A stretch of DNA of 57,878 bases from an uncultured virus (IMG/VR IMGVR_UViG_3300034101_006118) (IMGVR_UViG_3300034101_006118), one strand, 5' to 3'; positions 18,657 to 28,451 are shown, numbered from the stretch's first letter. Notes: generated by a model not told the origin, from the sequence alone. Program-made: numbers and translations.

Positions 18657-19514
18657 ATGATCAAAACTCTTATTTTTGTTTTTATGACAACTTGCTCCTT
18701 ACTAGATCAGGAAAATATTTCTCAAACACCACCATCTGAAGTCAGTGCCCCATTGATGGAATGGAACAGGTATGTTGGCAAAAATTTCACCATTATGAGC
18801 ATCGACAACGAGAAAGGCAAGGAGCTTGTTGATGATCTTGAGAATCTGAAAAAATCAGCCTTAACGAGATGGGGATTTCCTGATGTCAAGTTCACAAAGG
18901 AATGCAGAGTATTTGTTGTTCCAGATTATGATTTGCTCAAAAAATTATTTAATCTAAATGTCGGCAAGGTTCAATTAAGGAAAGAATTGAATGTTATATG
19001 GTGTGTTGGGGATGACAAGCCAAATAAGTCAATTTTTCCTTATTTGACACAAGTTTGTCTTTATGAATATGAAACAGTTGAGTCAACAACTCTGCCAGTT
19101 TGGTTCAAAAGGGGTTGTATCACACTCAGTACAAGTGTTCCAGATGTGCGTGAAACATTGAAACCTTTCAATGAAATAGCAAGAAAAGAGCAATTCAATC
19201 ATTCAGCAGAACAAATGTTCACATTTACAGAGGAAGATTATAATAAGCAGACAACTGAAAACAAGAAGGTTTTTGATCAACAGGCTGCACTTCTTTGCTT
19301 GATGTTGAGAAAAGAGTTCGGCCAATTTAAGTTGCAGGGATTTCTGAGATTGCAAGCTAGAAATAAGCCGGAAGATGTTTTACAATTAGTTTATGGATTC
19401 AAAAGTTTTTCTCAGTTTGATAAGCAATATGTTCGATTTATGAAAGAATTGTGTGCTGATATTGCTGACGATCATACACCAGATTCATATTTGGAAATTA
19501 AAAATAGTTTTTGA
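18657..19514 (+). CDS. secreted hypothetical protein, degenerate peptidase MA-like
   Basis: Hydrophobic N-terminus; LPVWFxxG and QAALLCLML resemble the peptidase MA C-terminal half; no HExxH. Confidence 0.5.
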   Translation: MIKTLIFVFMTTCSLLDQENISQTPPSEVSAPLMEWNRYVGKNFTIMSIDNEKGKELVDDLENLKKSALTRWGFPDVKFTKECRVFVVPDYDLLKKLFNLNVGKVQLRKELNVIWCVGDDKPNKSIFPYLTQVCLYEYETVESTTLPVWFKRGCITLSTSVPDVRETLKPFNEIARKEQFNHSAEQMFTFTEEDYNKQTTENKKVFDQQAALLCLMLRKEFGQFKLQGFLRLQARNKPEDVLQLVYGFKSFSQFDKQYVRFMKELCADIADDHTPDSYLEIKNSF

Positions 19515-19524
19515 GGATTCCCCT

Positions 19525-19824
19525 ATGATTTATCTCATGTCTTGGATTATTTTTGGCTTGATGGTTGGCTATATTGCTAAGGTTTTTCACCCCGGTGAGG
19601 AACCAGTTGGTTATTTGCCGACAATTGGAATTGGCGTTGGAGGGACATTTATTGGCGGGGCCATAAATTATCTACTTGGATATGGAGGAAGTCCATTTCA
19701 AGCTTCTGGTTTTGTGATGTCAATTCTAGGCGGCGTAATATGCTGCGCCTCTTGGAGGTATTATAAACTGAAGACCGAACAGAGTGGACCTAAGTCTTTT
19801 TTAAGTGGAAAGAAAGTTGGTTAA
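19525..19824 (+). CDS. GlsB/YeaQ/YmgE (transglycosylase-associated) membrane protein
   Basis: WIIFGLxxGxIAK..PG..TIxIGxxGxFIGG..SILGGVI. Confidence 0.85.
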   Translation: MIYLMSWIIFGLMVGYIAKVFHPGEEPVGYLPTIGIGVGGTFIGGAINYLLGYGGSPFQASGFVMSILGGVICCASWRYYKLKTEQSGPKSFLSGKKVG

Positions 19825-19878
19825 TTGACTGTCAATTGATACAATTAATCCATGCAAGAAGGCGATGGGTAATAGATC

Positions 19879-20118
19879 ATGCTAGATAAAACTGTTGTAG
19901 AAGCTCTTAAAAAAACATATTCTAATTTGCACCCTCTGCTTTTTTACAGATCAACAGAGAAAGCAAAGAGTAATGGTGATCTTTTCGATATCGTTGATAC
20001 GGTGCCGCACAAGTATCCTCTTATGTGGAACGAAAAGGAAAATAGGTGGTCAAATGTCGCTGATCCTTATTTTGTGGAACAATTTCTAAGCGACTTCAAT
20101 CAGAAAAACACCACTTGA
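19879..20118 (+). CDS. hypothetical protein
   Basis: ORF tiling. Confidence 0.6.
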   Translation: MLDKTVVEALKKTYSNLHPLLFYRSTEKAKSNGDLFDIVDTVPHKYPLMWNEKENRWSNVADPYFVEQFLSDFNQKNTT

Positions 20119-20139
20119 TAAAGCGGTATCATTAAAATC

Positions 20140-20802
20140 ATGCGCTTATACGAAGAATATTTCAAAAGACATAAAATAAATGATGTGCCTCTGGTCCATC
20201 ATGTCAATAATAGTTGCATTGTATTCAGAACTAAAGATTATAAAATTTGGTATGATTTATTGTCAATTGATACAATAGTCAGCAGTAATTTTACTTTACC
20301 ATCTGCTGGAATTCTAAATATAAAATGGATTTATAGTGATCATCATCCCGGTCACTATGAAGTTTCATTACATTGTCAAATACATGATGGCTATCTCAAT
20401 GATAAAATTTTTATGAACAAGATCATTTCAAACATTAAATGGCATGATTATGAAAGTTTTATACATTCTTGCATGAAAAATTTCATGAATGTTGATTTAG
20501 TCAGGGATAAAGATGAAGCTTTCGTTTTATGCTGGGAAATGTTTGTGGCATCTTATGATAGCTGGTTCTCAAAACAAGGAGGAGAAATCAAGTATATGCT
20601 TTTTCAAACCTTGGATGAAGAATTAGATACAGCCACAAGGATTGATTTCATAGCAGAAATTCTAAAAAAATTAGCTTATACTTCTCCCGGTGTGTTTCGC
20701 AATTGGAAATACGAAGTGTTAAATAAAGTGCAGTATTTTGCTGACTGGTTTCTAGAATTGATTGATAAAAATGCTAAAGAACTATTGCCCTGTAAGGATT
20801 AA
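20140..20802 (+). CDS. hypothetical protein
   Basis: Long ORF. Confidence 0.7.
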   Translation: MRLYEEYFKRHKINDVPLVHHVNNSCIVFRTKDYKIWYDLLSIDTIVSSNFTLPSAGILNIKWIYSDHHPGHYEVSLHCQIHDGYLNDKIFMNKIISNIKWHDYESFIHSCMKNFMNVDLVRDKDEAFVLCWEMFVASYDSWFSKQGGEIKYMLFQTLDEELDTATRIDFIAEILKKLAYTSPGVFRNWKYEVLNKVQYFADWFLELIDKNAKELLPCKD

Positions 20803-21601
20803 AAATCCTGTTTCAAAAAACTCTTTAGTTCGTCTTCTGACGGACCAGAAAATGCATATTATTTTCTGTGGTCAACATTTTGCTGATTATAAACTTGATG
20901 TGGTTGGCGATTATATCGAAGTAGAGGAAGTATCAGAGGTAGATGATGGATGGATGGCCTCTATATGTCAAAAAACCAATTTAATTGATTATCACGACAG
21001 CACTCTTCTTCTTGGTGGAATTAATTTTTTTGATAACACCAACAATAAAATGGCATCTTTATGTGTTGTGAGTAGTAGCGACAACAATGATTACCTGAGA
21101 GTGATAAATCCCATCAATTCTTTTTGCAATTTAAGCCCAGATCAAGTATTAGATGTTGTTTTTTATGGTAGCATAAATGATTGTTGGGCTGCACATCTAT
21201 CATCGAAAGATTTGTGCCTTGAAATGATTCAAAGTTCAATCAAACCAACAAAACACATTTTGAAAAATGAAAAAACTCCATTGATGGAATATTTTTTTAG
21301 ATTTAGATTCAATCGTAGCAGCATTGAGACTTTATCTAGTTTGCCATTTGCCAAGATGGATGGTGGATTTATACTTTTCTTAAATTCAAAGCAACAAAGA
21401 AGTGTTTTGAAGGTCACATGTTGCTGGCGTGGAAAAAACTCAATTTACAAAGCTTTATTGCTACCAAAGATTCCGAGTCATAATTTTAATTTTTTTGGCA
21501 AGAAACAAAATAAACAATGTTTGCAATCTAAGGTTTCTTTTGAGAAAATTGAATCGAATTCATTGGATTATGGTTGCACAGTCCTTCTATCAAAGGTGTG
21601 A
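20762..21601 (+). CDS. hypothetical protein
   Basis: Long ORF; start uncertain. Confidence 0.65.
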   Translation: MIKMLKNYCPVRIKNPVSKNSLVRLLTDQKMHIIFCGQHFADYKLDVVGDYIEVEEVSEVDDGWMASICQKTNLIDYHDSTLLLGGINFFDNTNNKMASLCVVSSSDNNDYLRVINPINSFCNLSPDQVLDVVFYGSINDCWAAHLSSKDLCLEMIQSSIKPTKHILKNEKTPLMEYFFRFRFNRSSIETLSSLPFAKMDGGFILFLNSKQQRSVLKVTCCWRGKNSIYKALLLPKIPSHNFNFFGKKQNKQCLQSKVSFEKIESNSLDYGCTVLLSKV

Positions 21602-22278
21602 TAGGTATGGTAAAATTAGATATCATAAATTTGCCTTGTAGGGAAATCACCATGACATATTGCAATCCTCCTTCAGGAGGATTTGCTATAGAGAAGGAAG
21701 CAAACAGATTGGTGAATTGGGACCATTGCCGTGAGCAGTTTGCGGTTAGATTTCTTGAAAAAACAGAAGGTTTTTATTTTTGTCATAAAGCATGTGAAGC
21801 TGATAGCGTTACTTGCTTTCTCAATAAATTTGAAAACATACTTTCGACTAGTGAAGGTTGTGATCTAATGGAAAAAACTCAATTTGCTCACACCAATCAG
21901 GAAAAAGTTCTTTATGTGAAACCAAGTTCTTTTTGGAAGGATTGTTTTTTTAAGAGATCATTGTTTACAATATTAGCTCGTTGCTCTCAAAATTATTTGC
22001 CTCACAAAGACAATTTTGATGAAGCTCTTTTTTCTCCAAACTTCAAAGAATCAACATACACATATGAAACTAAACCTGCTGTATTGAGATTTATGTTTGG
22101 ATTCACCAAGTATACTGGTATATCTCCTGTTACGGCTGAGTCTACAGTTGTCAAGCATGGCTGGAAAGAGGAGTTTTATAAACTTGACGAATCAGAAATA
22201 AGAAATCGCTTAGTTCTGCCAGATGGCGTAAAAAAGAAGTGTAACATTGTTGGATCTGATTCATTGTGGGGGTCATGA
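21574..22278 (+). CDS. hypothetical protein
   Basis: Long ORF; true start probably a downstream ATG. Confidence 0.65.
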   Translation: MHSPSIKGVIGMVKLDIINLPCREITMTYCNPPSGGFAIEKEANRLVNWDHCREQFAVRFLEKTEGFYFCHKACEADSVTCFLNKFENILSTSEGCDLMEKTQFAHTNQEKVLYVKPSSFWKDCFFKRSLFTILARCSQNYLPHKDNFDEALFSPNFKESTYTYETKPAVLRFMFGFTKYTGISPVTAESTVVKHGWKEEFYKLDESEIRNRLVLPDGVKKKCNIVGSDSLWGS

Positions 22279-23065
22279 TATTTTGAGCAACAAATGGTTC
22301 TTCACAGCAGATTGTCATTTTGGTCATGCAAACATCATCAAATATTGCAAAAGACCATTTATTTCAAACAATGACATGAAAATCTGCGATTTGATCAAGA
22401 ATGGCACCATACCCGCATCTGACTACAAGGTTCCTGAAATTAGCATTGATCTGATGGATAAGACAATTGCTAAAAGCATAAACGAAGTAGTAGGTAAAAA
22501 TGACAACTTGGTGATTGTTGGGGATTTCTGTCTCCCTCATGGTGACAAAAATGAAAAATATTATCGTAGCATGATTAATTGCCAAAATGTTTTTCTAGTT
22601 TTGGGCAATCACGATGACAGAGATGCCTGCTCGGATGTTTTCACCGCATGTTACGAAAATTATTTATTCAAGATCGATGGGCAAAAAATATTTGTCAATC
22701 ATTATCCAGCTAGATCTTGGAATAAGTCTAGCCAAGGATCATGGATGCTATATGGACATGTTCATGATGCATTTCATGATGAAGACAATGGTAGTCTTTC
22801 AAAACATGATAAACATGTTTTGTCTGAAAGTTTTGCTTCATTGATAAGAAAAAGAGGAATTCAACAGGATGGTCTTCTAGAAGAATTGCTTGAAATTGTC
22901 GCTTCAATGAACGGTTCTCAATTAACTTTGGATGTAGGTGTCGATAATTTGTTGAGACCAGATTTGCCATTTGGCACTCCTTGGTCAATGTCTGATATTA
23001 GGTCTTATATGCAAGAGAAAATTCCATTATGGAATGCACGAAAAACTGTTCATAGATTGATTTGA
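22247..23065 (+). CDS. calcineurin-like metallophosphoesterase
   Basis: DCHFGH, VGDF, LGNHD, NHYP, YGHVH, DVGVD. Confidence 0.9.
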   Translation: MLDLIHCGGHDILSNKWFFTADCHFGHANIIKYCKRPFISNNDMKICDLIKNGTIPASDYKVPEISIDLMDKTIAKSINEVVGKNDNLVIVGDFCLPHGDKNEKYYRSMINCQNVFLVLGNHDDRDACSDVFTACYENYLFKIDGQKIFVNHYPARSWNKSSQGSWMLYGHVHDAFHDEDNGSLSKHDKHVLSESFASLIRKRGIQQDGLLEELLEIVASMNGSQLTLDVGVDNLLRPDLPFGTPWSMSDIRSYMQEKIPLWNARKTVHRLI

Positions 23066-23176
23066 CATTCTTTTATTTACAACCAATCGAATTCATGGTA
23101 GTTTGCTCCTGTGTGACAGACACACAGGGATAATGCGACCCTGACACTCGCATTGATTTTGGTGAGGATGATCCAC

Positions 23177-23518
23177 ATGAGGATTTTCGCTGCTTTCGCT
23201 TTGGTTCTTGTTGTAGCTTCCAGCGCACAGGCTAAACCTTTCGGTTTGTTTTCGCCACGAAAGACAACTAACAACAGGCCTGTGGCGAACGCTGTTAATT
23301 TTTCGCTAGGCACCGCTCAGTCTGTTGCCAACCATATGGCCAAAATAGGAAGAATAGGCCATTTTGGCGGCAACCCCTATCCCCGTGAAGGGGTTGGAAT
23401 GGGCGCAACTGCACAACAAGCGATTCGTAATTGTTGCTTTTATGGACAATACACCATCAAGGATCAAGGTGTAGCCCAAGGAAATAACGGGATGTGGTAC
23501 GCTTGTAATCGATATTGA
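23177..23518 (+). CDS. small secreted Cys-containing protein (CAP/SCP-like)
   Basis: Signal peptide ending AQA; HMA..GHFGG..EGVGMG..CC..GVAxG..WYAC. Confidence 0.6.
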   Translation: MRIFAAFALVLVVASSAQAKPFGLFSPRKTTNNRPVANAVNFSLGTAQSVANHMAKIGRIGHFGGNPYPREGVGMGATAQQAIRNCCFYGQYTIKDQGVAQGNNGMWYACNRY

Positions 23519-23543
23519 TTTAATAGCAGTATAACAATTTCAA

Positions 23544-23575
23544 AAAAAACCGGGACATTTTTGTCCCGGTTTTTT
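23544..23575 (+). terminator. intrinsic terminator
   Basis: CCGGGACA-TTTT-TGTCCCGG with A/T tracts on both sides. Confidence 0.85.
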
Positions 23576-23643
23576 ATTCTACACACTCTGATAAAATTGA
23601 TGTCGAGGAATCAACTGCTCGATAATTTACAGGATAAAATTCT

Positions 23644-24444
23644 ATGAATAATAAGTTCCTAATCGGACAACGCCTTGTCTTTCAGAACCAAGAAGTTTGT
23701 GTAATCACACATGATTCGGAAAAAAATAAATACTTTTGTCAGGTAGGAGAGGCTGGTTTGCAAATGTGGATTCCTGAAGATCAACTTCAGGAAGGATTGC
23801 CAGATGGTCCTCCAACTACGCATTTCAATAGGCGAACTCCTCATCTCATGATTGTGGATAGCTTTTATAAAAATCCTGATGAAATTCGCAACTTCGCTAT
23901 GCAGCAAGAGTTCGCCTATGATAATCGATTCTATAAGGGACAAAGAACCAAGGAAAGATATCTCTGGCCTTATCTTAAGGAAGAATTTGAAAGAATTATT
24001 GGAAGACCAATTGTTGACTGGTTAGATCAGCCAGCAAATGGATGTTTCCAAATCACTGGCTTTCAAGACCCCTTGGTTTATCATAGTGATGCTCAAAGCT
24101 ATGCCGCTGCAATTTACCTTACTCCATTTGCTCCTCCTTCAGCCGGAACAAGTTTTTGGCGTGATAAGAAGCATCATGTTCGTCGTCCTCCAAATCACCC
24201 TTTGGAATTTGATAGGTTCTCAAGCGATCAGGAAAGAATTCAAGTTGCAGATGAAGTTTACAATGACTACAACATTCTTCATCCTGATAATTGGGAATTA
24301 GTCGATAGGGTTGGAGCAATCTACAATCGTCTTGCTATTTGGGATGCAAAGATGATCCACTCGGCAAGTACATACGAAGGACTAATTAGCGAAGTAGTTG
24401 ATAAGGCAAGATTGGTTCAACTTTTCTTTTTTACTGTTAGATAA
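23644..24444 (+). CDS. 2OG-Fe(II) oxygenase-like protein (DUF6445-like)
   Basis: IVDxFYxNPDxIR, HSD, IYLTP..GTSF, YNRL..H, RLVQLFF. Confidence 0.75.
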   Translation: MNNKFLIGQRLVFQNQEVCVITHDSEKNKYFCQVGEAGLQMWIPEDQLQEGLPDGPPTTHFNRRTPHLMIVDSFYKNPDEIRNFAMQQEFAYDNRFYKGQRTKERYLWPYLKEEFERIIGRPIVDWLDQPANGCFQITGFQDPLVYHSDAQSYAAAIYLTPFAPPSAGTSFWRDKKHHVRRPPNHPLEFDRFSSDQERIQVADEVYNDYNILHPDNWELVDRVGAIYNRLAIWDAKMIHSASTYEGLISEVVDKARLVQLFFFTVR

Positions 24445-24463
24445 TTGGTATTTTTGAGAAAAT

Positions 24464-24505
24464 ATAGAACCCGCATTCTCTTTTTTTAGAGACTGCGGGT
24501 TCTAT
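24464..24505. terminator. strong hairpin, probable terminator
   Basis: ATAGAACCCGCA / TGCGGGTTCTAT inverted repeat. Confidence 0.6.
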
Positions 24506-24543
24506 CATATATAAGTTAGTTATATTTTTCTGAGGAGCAAACC

Positions 24544-25275
24544 GTGGAAAATCAGGAAGAAGTTTTAGCACAAGTTAAATTAAACCATGCCAATCCTCTT
24601 GCCAATAAAAACATTGGCGATACTCCAATCAATTGGGATAGTAGCTCAGGTGATCCAACTGCTGTTGCAAATGCAGAATTTGATGGAACCAACTTCACAG
24701 CTTATTTTGAAAATAATCTAGTAGGAGTTTTTTTAACAGAAGCAACAAGTGACACAAAGGGAAGTATTTATTGGGACAAAACATTTGACTATACGAGAAA
24801 TATACATTTTAGTGGCGTTATTTCTGCTGGCAATGGAGATGGAGCAGACGGCATAACTGTATTTTTTGGTTGTGATAATTCATTGACTTCAAGAGATGAT
24901 GCTACAAATGGAATAGCTATTTATTTCGAGGAATATAATGAAGGTAATCTCGTGCAAATTTTTTGGGACGGCAATCAAATTTTTGATGTTTACGAAGATG
25001 TGGGAACAGGAGATTTCAATACAAATTTTTCTTTAGATGATTTAACATGGAGACAATTTGATATTATTTATCAATATGTTGATACCACAAACTCTTATGT
25101 TACTGTTCTACTAAATGGCGTTTTCATTTGTCGTGTCAGAGTGGATGGCGAATGGGTCGAAACCGCTGGATCTATCGTTGGAATTAGTGGCTTCTGTGGT
25201 GCCAGCAATAATGATCATTATTGCAAAAAGTTTCAGGCGAAAAGTGCAAATCCTTGGCTTTTGATTAATGGGTAA
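24544..25275 (+). CDS. L-type lectin/ConA-fold protein, paralog 1
   Basis: LT..GSIYW, GADGITVFFG, GISG..G..N.H; HANPL...ANPWL termini. Confidence 0.65.
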   Translation: MENQEEVLAQVKLNHANPLANKNIGDTPINWDSSSGDPTAVANAEFDGTNFTAYFENNLVGVFLTEATSDTKGSIYWDKTFDYTRNIHFSGVISAGNGDGADGITVFFGCDNSLTSRDDATNGIAIYFEEYNEGNLVQIFWDGNQIFDVYEDVGTGDFNTNFSLDDLTWRQFDIIYQYVDTTNSYVTVLLNGVFICRVRVDGEWVETAGSIVGISGFCGASNNDHYCKKFQAKSANPWLLING

Positions 25276-25289
25276 AGAAAGAGGTAAAA

Positions 25290-26672
25290 ATGCAAAACAA
25301 TAGCGGACCAAAAAAATCTAGAAATCCACTACAACCAGAAGCTCTTGGTGATTCTCCAATAGTTTGGAACAGTGGAATGGGTGATCCAACTTTACTTGGA
25401 GCCAATCTTAATGGAAATGCGAGTTTCGTTGATGCAGATAAAGGAGTTATACTTTCTACTGATTCGGTAGAAAGTTCAGGAAGTTTGTATTGGCAAAATA
25501 ATTTTGATTATGCAAATGATCTCTACATTAAGATGACCATCCATGCTAGCCATATGTCTGGAAGTGGTGGACTTGGATGGACTTTGTTTTTAGGTTCTGA
25601 TACAAATTATACATTTATAGATGACGAAACAGGCTCAATAAATGTGTTTTTTGACGATGGTTTTTATGGTAATCCTTTTACCGATGCTGTTAGCTTGTGG
25701 GTTGATGGAACGAAAGTAGGAGGAGAAGGGTCGAATTATTATGTAGTTGATCCTCTCGATAATTCGATCTCAAAAAATGTTGAAGTTTTATTCCAACATG
25801 ATAAATCTAATTTTAATTACATAACAGTTTTTATAGATGGTAAATATATTTGCAAAGCAAATTTAGGGACATGGACACCCGGCGGCAACTTTATTGGAGT
25901 AAGTGCTGCAAGTTCATCTGATTCAGAATATGTCAACAACCATTACATAAAATCCATGGAAGTAAGAAGCATAGTTCCATGGATAAATGTCAATTATCCA
26001 AAAATTCCAAAGAAAAATGATAAAATTTTTATTCTCATCAATGACACTTATGTTGATTATGTTGCTGAGGGATCTGACTCTGGAAATGAACCAAACAATA
26101 TTATGGCTTACTTAGATGCTAATTCCATAGCTTATGAAACATTTACGGACATATCTGAATTTGGATGGAACGATTTAGTTTATACAGGTAGAGCTGGTTA
26201 TGTTATTATTCCCGAACTTGAAGATAGTGATATTCTTCCAGATTTGACTTCAGGTGCTAAAAATAAAATCAACAATTTTGTTTTTTCTGGCGGTAAACTG
26301 TTAATGTTTGCCCCTGATAATGGAGATGTTGTTCCTTTCTTGAACGATATATTTAGCTTTAGTATCATCAGTGGTGGAGAGGGTGGTATTAGCGAGCCAA
26401 TAAGCCTCACAGTCGCTGGTTCTGCTCTTTTCCCAAGTGAAAGTGCTACTATTCCAAGTTTAAGTGATACTAGTTTTTTGGACACCTCTACTTTGCCAGC
26501 AGAGTCTGTGACAATTTATGAAGGAAGTGGTCCGAATCAATCTGTAGTAACCATGATTCCATATGGTTCTGGGAAAATATATGTTCTTGGCTGGGATTGG
26601 TTTGATGCTGCGCCGATAGGTCCAGAAGATGGTGGTTGGCTTAATTTGCTTGAATCTATTTTGCAATCTTGA
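25290..26672 (+). CDS. L-type lectin/ConA-fold protein with C-terminal alpha/beta domain, paralog 2
   Basis: NPL..LGDSPIVW..GDPT, GSLYW; C-terminal IPELE..FVxSGG.L..YGSGKIxVLGWDW. Confidence 0.65.
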   Translation: MQNNSGPKKSRNPLQPEALGDSPIVWNSGMGDPTLLGANLNGNASFVDADKGVILSTDSVESSGSLYWQNNFDYANDLYIKMTIHASHMSGSGGLGWTLFLGSDTNYTFIDDETGSINVFFDDGFYGNPFTDAVSLWVDGTKVGGEGSNYYVVDPLDNSISKNVEVLFQHDKSNFNYITVFIDGKYICKANLGTWTPGGNFIGVSAASSSDSEYVNNHYIKSMEVRSIVPWINVNYPKIPKKNDKIFILINDTYVDYVAEGSDSGNEPNNIMAYLDANSIAYETFTDISEFGWNDLVYTGRAGYVIIPELEDSDILPDLTSGAKNKINNFVFSGGKLLMFAPDNGDVVPFLNDIFSFSIISGGEGGISEPISLTVAGSALFPSESATIPSLSDTSFLDTSTLPAESVTIYEGSGPNQSVVTMIPYGSGKIYVLGWDWFDAAPIGPEDGGWLNLLESILQS

Positions 26673-26680
26673 GGAGTGAA

Positions 26681-27553
26681 ATGTTAAATCTTGATGTATC
26701 AACGGATAAATTTGCAGATTTGAAAAAACTTTTCAACAATGCTAATGTTCATTATCGAATATTTGGCACAAGCTCTGATGGTTTGACTACCACTTTGAAA
26801 TTCAACAAAAAAGTTAATTTTGAAAAAGCCAAAGAAATAATTGATGGAAAAGTAGTTGCCCAAGGTAATCTTATTCATGCAAATCCACTGGGTAGTATAA
26901 ACATTGGAGATAATCACATCGATTGGCTTGGAGATATGGGTAGCCCCACTTTGTTTGGTGGCACTGTGAATGGAGATGCTTCATATTTAGACGATATTTT
27001 TTCTGGTCAGCAAAAAAGGAATTTCGTGCTTCTTACTCCAGACTCAAATAATCAGTTGGGCAGTATTGCTTGGGAAAAAAATTATAATTATTCTAAAAAT
27101 ATTTTAGTTAAGGCGACAACATACAGTTCGGGTGATAGCGGAGATGGAATAACATTCTTTTTTGGAGCCGATTCAGAGAATCATAGTGGTTCTGATGATA
27201 ATGGAGCCCTTGCTGTTTACATTGATGAATTAAATGACAATACAATTAAAGTTTATATTGCAGGATCTTTACAAACTACATTTTATACAAACCAAAATTT
27301 GGATGATTCAAGAGCAACGAGTTGGATTTTTTTGATAAATTGGGAGTATGATTTTGCAGGCGATCTAAAAGGTTATTTGTCAGTTTACATCAACAATTCA
27401 TTTCAATTGAAAATTGATATCACTTCTTGGGCACAAGAAGGTGGACCATACATTGGCGCTTCTGCTAAAACATCAGCAGGCACAGACAATATTCATTCGA
27501 TAGGTCAATTTCAAGTTATGGGCGCTAATCCATGGCTTGCTATCAACAAGTAA
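26681..27553 (+). CDS. L-type lectin/ConA-fold protein, paralog 3
   Basis: HANPL..IGD, LLTP..QLGSIAW, GDGITFFFG, IGASAxT, ANPWL; GAGGAG SD. Confidence 0.7.
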   Translation: MLNLDVSTDKFADLKKLFNNANVHYRIFGTSSDGLTTTLKFNKKVNFEKAKEIIDGKVVAQGNLIHANPLGSINIGDNHIDWLGDMGSPTLFGGTVNGDASYLDDIFSGQQKRNFVLLTPDSNNQLGSIAWEKNYNYSKNILVKATTYSSGDSGDGITFFFGADSENHSGSDDNGALAVYIDELNDNTIKVYIAGSLQTTFYTNQNLDDSRATSWIFLINWEYDFAGDLKGYLSVYINNSFQLKIDITSWAQEGGPYIGASAKTSAGTDNIHSIGQFQVMGANPWLAINK

Positions 27554-27589
27554 AAAAAGTTTGAAAAATTTTATCTATCCAACTGAATG

Positions 27590-27630
27590 AACTGCTTCCT
27601 TGATCGAATTAGATTAGGGAGCAGTTTTTT
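27590..27630 (+). terminator. intrinsic terminator
   Basis: AACTGCTTCCT...AGGGAGCAGTT followed by T tract. Confidence 0.7.
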
Positions 27631-27638
27631 GGTTTGGA

Positions 27639-27833
27639 GTGCTAATCATGGCAAAGATCATGTTCTGGATTCATCGTTTTGATTCTGCAAAAACGGCTCA
27701 AATAATGACCAAGATCTTAAGAAGTAAGCCTTACATCAAGGTTCCCGTGCAGAAATACCGGGATATACAGATATATAATTCAGAGCATTCGTGCTTCGAC
27801 TCGCCTATGACAACCAGTCTTATGGACAGTTAA
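27639..27833 (+). CDS. hypothetical small protein
   Basis: GGAG SD, probable ATG at 27648. Confidence 0.4.
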   Translation: MLIMAKIMFWIHRFDSAKTAQIMTKILRSKPYIKVPVQKYRDIQIYNSEHSCFDSPMTTSLMDS

Positions 27834-28306
27834 ATCTTTTGCTCTTCGGAGCTAAAAGAACTGGTCGAGGCGGTCTTTTCTTGATAGTTTCCAAGAATTG
27901 GTAATGTTAGATTTTTATTGTCATTTAGACTCCAAACAACATTCATTAAATTAGATTTTTGTAATGCTATTTCGCATTTGTAGCATGGTTTTGCTAGTCT
28001 GAATTTTCCATGTCTATTTATTTTCATGCTAAGTATTGTTGTTTTTCTGTTGTAATACTTTTCATCAAGTTTGAGGAGAAGATCTGCTTCAGCATGAAGG
28101 AATGGGTATTTTTTCCAGTGTGCGATATTAAATTTTTGAGCTAATTTATATGCCTTCGCTGACATCATGACGGGATTGTTCTTCCCCATTTCTATAATTC
28201 TATTTTTTCTTATTGCAAAAGCATAATGAAAACCAGTGCGGCTTTTGTCTTCTCCCCAATCATCCAGCATGAGGCAAACACATTTATGGAGAGTAGAAGC
28301 TTTCAT
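27830..28306 (-). CDS. zinc-dependent nucleoside/nucleotide deaminase (CDA fold)
   Basis: Intact HAE and PCxxC motifs; GxN motif. Confidence 0.82.
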   Translation of the reverse strand: MKASTLHKCVCLMLDDWGEDKSRTGFHYAFAIRKNRIIEMGKNNPVMMSAKAYKLAQKFNIAHWKKYPFLHAEADLLLKLDEKYYNRKTTILSMKINRHGKFRLAKPCYKCEIALQKSNLMNVVWSLNDNKNLTLPILGNYQEKTASTSSFSSEEQKI

Positions 28307-28328
28307 GAAAAATTATAACCACATTCAA

Positions 28329-28357
28329 TTGACATAGCCATTACTTATTTGTAAAAT
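28329..28357 (+). promoter_or_regulatory. sigma70-like promoter for tRNA
   Basis: TTGACA-17bp-TAAAAT. Confidence 0.7.
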
Positions 28358-28377
28358 TGAGAAGTCGAAAGACAATT

Positions 28378-28451
28378 GCCCCCGTAACTCAGGTGAATAG
28401 AGTAGCGTTTTTCTAAAGCGCAAGTCGTTGGTTTGAATCCAACCGGGGGTA
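28378..28451 (+). tRNA. tRNA-Arg(UCU), CCA not encoded
   Basis: Acceptor GCCCCCG/CGGGGGT, D stem ACTC/GAGT, anticodon arm GCGTT-TTTCTAA-AGCGC, T arm GTTGG-TTTGAAT-CCAAC. Confidence 0.9.

Noticed and set aside
19830..20276. 16-mer TGTCAATTGATACAAT present twice (19830, 20261)
   Set aside because: Only two AT-rich copies, one inside a CDS; no supporting context
24544..27553. Diversity-generating retroelement targets
   Set aside because: No reverse transcriptase and no near-identical TR/VR pair differing at adenines was seen
28378..28451. Amber suppressor tRNA (CUA) or recoded stop codons
   Set aside because: The 5-bp anticodon stem centres UCU, not CUA; known proteins are full length in code 11 and TAG ends genes such as clpX
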